IMG/VR virus record: IMGVR_UViG_3300044912_000492 | Location: 1-64,000 of that record | Length of the DNA stretch: 64,000 nucleotides | Strand: one strand, 5' to 3' | DNA from: a virus | Shown here: one piece after another, positions 59,503 through 64,000 of the stretch | Layout of the letters: each line of letters starts with the position of its first letter | Numbering within the stretch: position 1 is the stretch's first letter | Notes under the pieces: model-generated | What the model was told of the DNA's origin: nothing | Database searches by the model: none | The model's input: only the letters and a program-made list of their open reading frames with translations | Position numbers and translations under genes: made by a program

Positions 59503-60954
59503 TTAAACTTGCAGCCAAGTAGAACCAGTTTCGCGCTTAAACTGCAAAGTAAAATTTAAATCCTCTCCAAACAAAACAAAATTAACGCTACCTTCGCTAT
59601 CTGAAAAATCTTCTATGTAAAGATCTTCAGTTGTTTCAGGATCTGAGCCGATCGTGTAAGTGTTATTTACTAGAATCCGCTCAGAATCAATCAGTCCGTA
59701 TCGAGCAAAAAGATCAATCCAATAACCAAAAGCAGAAAATTGTAAGAAGACTTCTATTCTTCTTACAATTCCAAGAGGTGACACGGAGCCTGTCAATCCA
59801 GATATAGCTAAATCTGCACTAGTAGCGGTAGCATCTACAAATTCGTAAGGATCGGTATCTAAATCGCTATAGCGATAATACCCAGTTGCAGATAAAGTAT
59901 CTATTGGTGGGGCGTAAGGATCTGGATCGCTAAAATCAAAAATATTAATTATTACAATATAGTATAAATGCTGATTACTCTTTAGGGTTTTCATCTCCAA
60001 AAAGTTATTTTTTTTGATAATTTTTCCTTTTTGCTTGTTATTTGTTTTTAGCTTAAAAGTTAGCAAATCTGTTGTAGGGGGTATACCTCCTACAAAACGA
60101 ATTAACCCGTATTGAGGTAGTCTTGTAAATTTTGCGGTGATTTTCTCTAGGCTTGTAAAAGCAGGGGAATCTCCTCCCACGGTGTCTACACTTAGAAGCA
60201 TGTAGCTCCTAAATGAATTATTTGATTCAAGAGAAATATCTATTTGGGATTTTAAAGATCTCGATTCGTTAAATTTAGTTATTGTTTCGCCATCAAGAAA
60301 ACTGACAAGATCGCGCCCTTTTACGCCGCAAACTAAATGAGCGTAAGATGATATAAGCGAACTAAAAGAACCATTAACAGCATTTGAAATCGTTACAAAA
60401 ACCACTGCTTTTTTTTGTGATTCTCTATGATATTCAATGGCAAAGTTACCAAATGTTACCCATACAAAAGTAAAAGTATTATCAATGAGTTCATAAGTGA
60501 TTTCGCCATCTCCGATAAAAGCTCTAATCGTTAGATCGGTAATCGTGTCTCCTTCTAAAATAATTTCTTGCTCTAAGGAATAATCCTCAATTGCAGCTCC
60601 AACAAAATACATGTAGTTCAACCCCAAATAATATTCGGCAACATCAGGGGGGATGTCAGCAATTGGGGTTTCTGGGGGATTGTTTTTAGCGTCTACTCGT
60701 TGTAAAGCACCTTGGTTAGATCGCAAAAATACACGCTCACCAATTGACAAAGAAGCATTACTAATCAAATTAAATCCGCTATTCGTTTCGCCATTGATCG
60801 CTACTCTATCAGTACCATCAACAGGATCAATCCCCTGATAGGTTGCAAATGGGTTTAGTAGCCCGTCACGTTTTTCTTTTGCGTATTGATTACGCAATCG
60901 GTCAATTTGTGATTGGCTAGCCTTGCCAGCTACTGCATCAAAAAAATCTGTCAT
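59503..60954 (-). CDS. tail/fibre-associated structural protein (483 aa)
   Basis: Large ORF at the end of the leftward tail operon; no enzymatic motif. Confidence 0.5.
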   Translation of the reverse strand: MTDFFDAVAGKASQSQIDRLRNQYAKEKRDGLLNPFATYQGIDPVDGTDRVAINGETNSGFNLISNASLSIGERVFLRSNQGALQRVDAKNNPPETPIADIPPDVAEYYLGLNYMYFVGAAIEDYSLEQEIILEGDTITDLTIRAFIGDGEITYELIDNTFTFVWVTFGNFAIEYHRESQKKAVVFVTISNAVNGSFSSLISSYAHLVCGVKGRDLVSFLDGETITKFNESRSLKSQIDISLESNNSFRSYMLLSVDTVGGDSPAFTSLEKITAKFTRLPQYGLIRFVGGIPPTTDLLTFKLKTNNKQKGKIIKKNNFLEMKTLKSNQHLYYIVIINIFDFSDPDPYAPPIDTLSATGYYRYSDLDTDPYEFVDATATSADLAISGLTGSVSPLGIVRRIEVFLQFSAFGYWIDLFARYGLIDSERILVNNTYTIGSDPETTEDLYIEDFSDSEGSVNFVLFGEDLNFTLQFKRETGSTWLQV

Positions 60955-61226
60955 TGAGGCGCTCTAAAGTCTGCAAAAGTTGTGTAACTATTCTTAGTAC
61001 TAGACAAAGAAACTTGCGATGGCGGCGCTCCAAAATTACCGAGATTTGCGGCTTGTATGCCGCCGTCAGCAGTGGTAACAATAAATTCACCTGTATTAGA
61101 ATCAAATCCTGTTACCGAGCCAATCTGTATTGGCTGTGGCAAAGATGATTTCTCGGATACAGACTTTAATCGATTGATTTGCGCTTGAGTCGCGCTTGCG
61201 ATGACAGAAGTAAAAAAATTAGACAT
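60951..61226 (-). CDS. structural-module protein (91 aa)
   Basis: Shares its N-terminal segment with 59503..60954 (FF.SV/AV.A..SQ.QI.RL); ATGA-coupled. Confidence 0.45.
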   Translation of the reverse strand: MSNFFTSVIASATQAQINRLKSVSEKSSLPQPIQIGSVTGFDSNTGEFIVTTADGGIQAANLGNFGAPPSQVSLSSTKNSYTTFADFRAPQ

Positions 61227-62046
61227 TTCCTAAACTCACTCTAAAATTACCAGCAGGGATTATAAGCTCTTGACCAACAGCAATATTTTGAGTTGACACT
61301 GAACTAAAAACAATTAGATTAGTGGAATTAAATAAAGCGACAGAATTAAAGCCAGTAGCGGCGGCGATCGCATTGCCATAATCTATATTATTTGTAGCCT
61401 GAATTTGGCGCGTATTGCCTACAGTGCTGATCGAACTCCATCCACTACTAGGGATTGAAAATCTTCCACCTGTAGCAACTGTAGATGTAATTTCAGTGAT
61501 TGTGCCATCGGCGGCGATCGCTGTTGCAAGCGCTAATTGATTGCTAGTTGGAGCCGTACCCGCGCTAGTGCCAGTAAGCCATCCTAGTTGTAAATCTCTT
61601 GCGTAAATACTCCAGAATAGAATATCTAAATCAATGATTACATTGCCAGCCGCCCTTGAAACACTATCACCATTGCCAAAACTTAGAAGCTCAGCAATGC
61701 CCAAACTATTGCGAAAAGGGAATCCGCCTAAAAAATTGCCACTGGTTGAGGCATCCCAAAACCCAAAATAAGGCAGATTGGAGCCAGCCGCGATCGATGT
61801 CCCAAAATTTAAAGATGCTGTGCTAGCAATCCTTCGATTATTCCCTACAGTAGCAGGGGCGCTAAAGTTACTAGAAGTGTACGAAGCTCTACCACTAAAG
61901 TAAGTACCTGTTACCTCATTAGCACCTGTGAGAGCAGGATCGGCGCTGTGTATGCTTGCGTATAAAGTGGTAGGGGCTGTACCCGCGTTGGCTCCCTTAA
62001 AATGATGATTAAGGAATTTGTCGATAAAGTAGCTGGAAAGTCCCAT
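61219..62046 (-). CDS. tail-fibre-like protein (275 aa)
   Basis: Gly/Ser/Thr/Ala/Asn-rich beta-type composition. Confidence 0.5.
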   Translation of the reverse strand: MGLSSYFIDKFLNHHFKGANAGTAPTTLYASIHSADPALTGANEVTGTYFSGRASYTSSNFSAPATVGNNRRIASTASLNFGTSIAAGSNLPYFGFWDASTSGNFLGGFPFRNSLGIAELLSFGNGDSVSRAAGNVIIDLDILFWSIYARDLQLGWLTGTSAGTAPTSNQLALATAIAADGTITEITSTVATGGRFSIPSSGWSSISTVGNTRQIQATNNIDYGNAIAAATGFNSVALFNSTNLIVFSSVSTQNIAVGQELIIPAGNFRVSLGNV

Positions 62047-62056
62047 GATTTTTCAC

Positions 62057-63934
62057 CTATAAAGTAGCTAACCCGATCATTGTATCTGGCTTGATTGGAT
62101 TGTAATTAATATACAAATCTGATAAGCCGATCATTATGGAAGGGGCGATCGGGTTGAAACTTATACGTAAATCTGCAAGCCCGATCATATTAAAGCTGCC
62201 TAGCGTAATCGCAACGGGGCGGGATATCACCGTAGGGGTGCTAGCGGGGGCTGTACCAACTTCGATACCGTTAAAAACTAACCATGCTTCTGTCCCATTT
62301 AATCCCCATTTAATGCAATCTAATTTTAAGTAATAAATTAAATCTGTATCAGTAACAGCTACATCCGCAAAAGGCTTAAAAGCATTGCCCAAAGCCGTGT
62401 CAGTAATCGCGCCGCCAAATTGTTGACCATAAGCACGCCCTGATAATATGCGATTAAATCGAGAGCCATAATCAACTAATTGAGACTGTTCTACTGTGTA
62501 GGGTACATCTATTGTTTTTTGCCTAGGACGGTACGGATCGGCGGCTAATTGCTGTGCAAATATTTCTGCTTTTAGTTGCACTTCTCCCGTAGTATTTATG
62601 CTTGCATCACCAAAATTTGTAAGTGGACCAGATGTGTCTGGCTCGGTAATATCAGATTTTCTTGCAAGAAACGTTCGTGGATTTGATGGATTCTGATCTG
62701 GATAAGTTACCCCGTAAGATTCATCAATTATTGTCCTTTTACTCCATAACCCATCTTTTATTTTTGTCCATACTATTGTTGTGATTCTGAACAAAACGGG
62801 AAACGTTCGTGGATTCTCTGGCTGCTGATCTGGGAATAGTACCCCATAAGCTGAAATCTCTCTGTATTCAGTCTTGTAAACAATTCCTTTATCAAGAAAA
62901 TAAATAGTTGTATTTTTTGTTTTTTGAACTAAAAACGTTTGTGGATTTGATGGATTCTGATCTGGATAAGTTACCCCGTAAGCCTCGTTAATTATTTCTG
63001 TTTTTGTGACAAGGTTCCCATTAGTTGCGACATCAAAAACAAGGATAGTTTGAGATTCCAAAACGGGAAACGTTCGTGGATTCTCTGGTTGCTGATCTGG
63101 AAATAGTACCCCATAAGCCTTAATGCTAGTTGTAATTTTAGGATCGGTATCAATAGGTGTAATCGTTTTTACCGTACCTGTGACGATCAATTTCTCGACT
63201 GGCTGCTCAGCAATATCACCAATAGAATCCCACGATCTCTCGTCAGCCCCGATCGCATAAGAAGCGATCGCACTACCAGAATAGATGGCACTGATAGGCT
63301 CTGCGATTACCGTACCAGCGCTATTGCACCGCAAATAGTACCCTGCACTATCAGCGATCGCCCCTGCAAATCCAATAAAATTACCAGTCTGTTTAGGCAG
63401 TGGATAAGGAATAGGATAGGGCATAGAACTTATGCTGTGGCTTACCCCAATGTAATCCAAGATGTTGCCAATAATCACACTGCGATTAAGCGGCGTTCCT
63501 GCGGTGATTCCTGATATATCCTGATTTGGCTCTGGTGGAAAGTTTTCCAAAGCTAATCTACAGCCAATTTCTAGGAATAGTTCTAATATGCCATCCATAT
63601 TCCTTTTTGGCTTTTGAGGCATTTTTAGCAAATACAAAGCTTGCCCACTACAAGGCAGATAAGTAAGCGTTCCTGATGTATTTGCAATTCGGATCGTGAC
63701 TAGTTGACCCCGTTTCCATTGGCTAGGGTTAAGTCTAGGATTGGGTGAACTTGGTACTGTTGAATCGTAGCGAGAAATCTTAAGATTAATGGAGCCTGTG
63801 ACTGGCATTAATCCAGTTCCAACCTCATATTCTGGATAACCCAAAATTATTCCAGAATCAAAGCTAATCCAATTAGTCCAATTTTGCGATCCTATAATTA
63901 ATTCGCATCTACGTGAGGTGAGATTAACTGTCAT
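62057..63934 (-). CDS. tail protein with ABAB internal repeats (625 aa)
   Basis: AYGVLFPDQQPENPRTFPVL x2 alternates with YGVTYPDQNPSNP(Q/R)TFL x2; large structural ORF. Confidence 0.55.
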   Translation of the reverse strand: MTVNLTSRRCELIIGSQNWTNWISFDSGIILGYPEYEVGTGLMPVTGSINLKISRYDSTVPSSPNPRLNPSQWKRGQLVTIRIANTSGTLTYLPCSGQALYLLKMPQKPKRNMDGILELFLEIGCRLALENFPPEPNQDISGITAGTPLNRSVIIGNILDYIGVSHSISSMPYPIPYPLPKQTGNFIGFAGAIADSAGYYLRCNSAGTVIAEPISAIYSGSAIASYAIGADERSWDSIGDIAEQPVEKLIVTGTVKTITPIDTDPKITTSIKAYGVLFPDQQPENPRTFPVLESQTILVFDVATNGNLVTKTEIINEAYGVTYPDQNPSNPQTFLVQKTKNTTIYFLDKGIVYKTEYREISAYGVLFPDQQPENPRTFPVLFRITTIVWTKIKDGLWSKRTIIDESYGVTYPDQNPSNPRTFLARKSDITEPDTSGPLTNFGDASINTTGEVQLKAEIFAQQLAADPYRPRQKTIDVPYTVEQSQLVDYGSRFNRILSGRAYGQQFGGAITDTALGNAFKPFADVAVTDTDLIYYLKLDCIKWGLNGTEAWLVFNGIEVGTAPASTPTVISRPVAITLGSFNMIGLADLRISFNPIAPSIMIGLSDLYINYNPIKPDTMIGLATL

Positions 63935-64000
63935 TAGATCTTCACCCCAGTCTCTTGCAACTCAATGATCGCAGTCACGTTACCTACACCTGTATCCACC
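63934..64000 (-). CDS. 3' end of an upstream tail-operon gene (partial)
   Basis: Open frame ...VDTGVGNVTAIIELQETGVKI stops at 63934-63936, overlapping the ATG of 62057..63934 (TAATG). Confidence 0.5.
   Translation of the reverse strand, partial: VDTGVGNVTAIIELQETGVKI

Noticed and set aside
62660-63130. Diversity-generating retroelement (template/variable repeat) in the tail protein.
   Set aside because: No reverse transcriptase is present in the window. The repeats are in-frame tandem modules of one gene, and the few mismatches are not adenine-specific.
1-64000. Prophage boundaries, integrase or att sites.
   Set aside because: No tyrosine or serine recombinase motif was seen in any ORF, and no flanking host housekeeping genes are present. 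Lysogeny cannot be asserted from this window.

Overview
The window reads as about 64 kb of a tailed cyanophage (or prophage) genome. The cyanobacterial HIP1 octamer GCGATCGC is scattered through genes and spacers. No integrase, att site, rRNA or CRISPR array was seen. All calls come from by-eye motif and context reading of the ORF track and DNA; no database search or numeric computation was run.

Layout:
- 0.4-11.5 kb (minus): small early-type genes driven by a triplicated promoter/5'UTR cassette, two Zn-ribbon paralogues, a RusA-like resolvase and an HNH endonuclease.
- 11.5-14.9 kb (plus): an XRE switch followed by dCTP deaminase, a P-loop kinase-like protein and a ThyX-like enzyme.
- 15.0-20.9 kb (plus): the most interesting region. 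It is an array-less type IV-B-like CRISPR-Cas effector cluster: Cas11-like?, Cas7/Csf2-like, Cas5/Csf3-like, a CysH-like PP-loop enzyme and a Csf1-like Zn-finger protein. Extra ORFs are embedded in it, including a glycosyltransferase-like and a cupin/dioxygenase-like gene.
- 21-25.9 kb: NUMOD-like, T5orf172 and ParB-like genes, and a radical-SAM enzyme bracketed by two paralogous basic proteins.
- 25.9-35.4 kb: TerS/TerL, scaffold, portal, capsid and fibre-like structural genes.
- 35.5-52.2 kb (minus): Dam methylase, a sub-threshold NblA homologue, a replication module and accessory genes. The replication module is organiser (with 5 x 24-bp iterons), G39P-like loader and primase-DnaB helicase. 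The accessory genes are a Dda-like helicase, tandem GIY-YIG paralogues and an SSB.
- 52.2-53.4 kb: a regulatory hub with two promoters that carry palindromic operators, plus RHH proteins.
- 53.4-58.4 kb (plus): a membrane-protein operon with an FtsK/VirD4-like ATPase, an M23+SLT hydrolase and an anchored SNase.
- 58.5-59.4 kb: holin-like genes.
- 59.5-64.0 kb (minus): tail genes.

Several small genes below the 60-aa ORF-track cutoff were recovered from ATGA/TAATG coupling.
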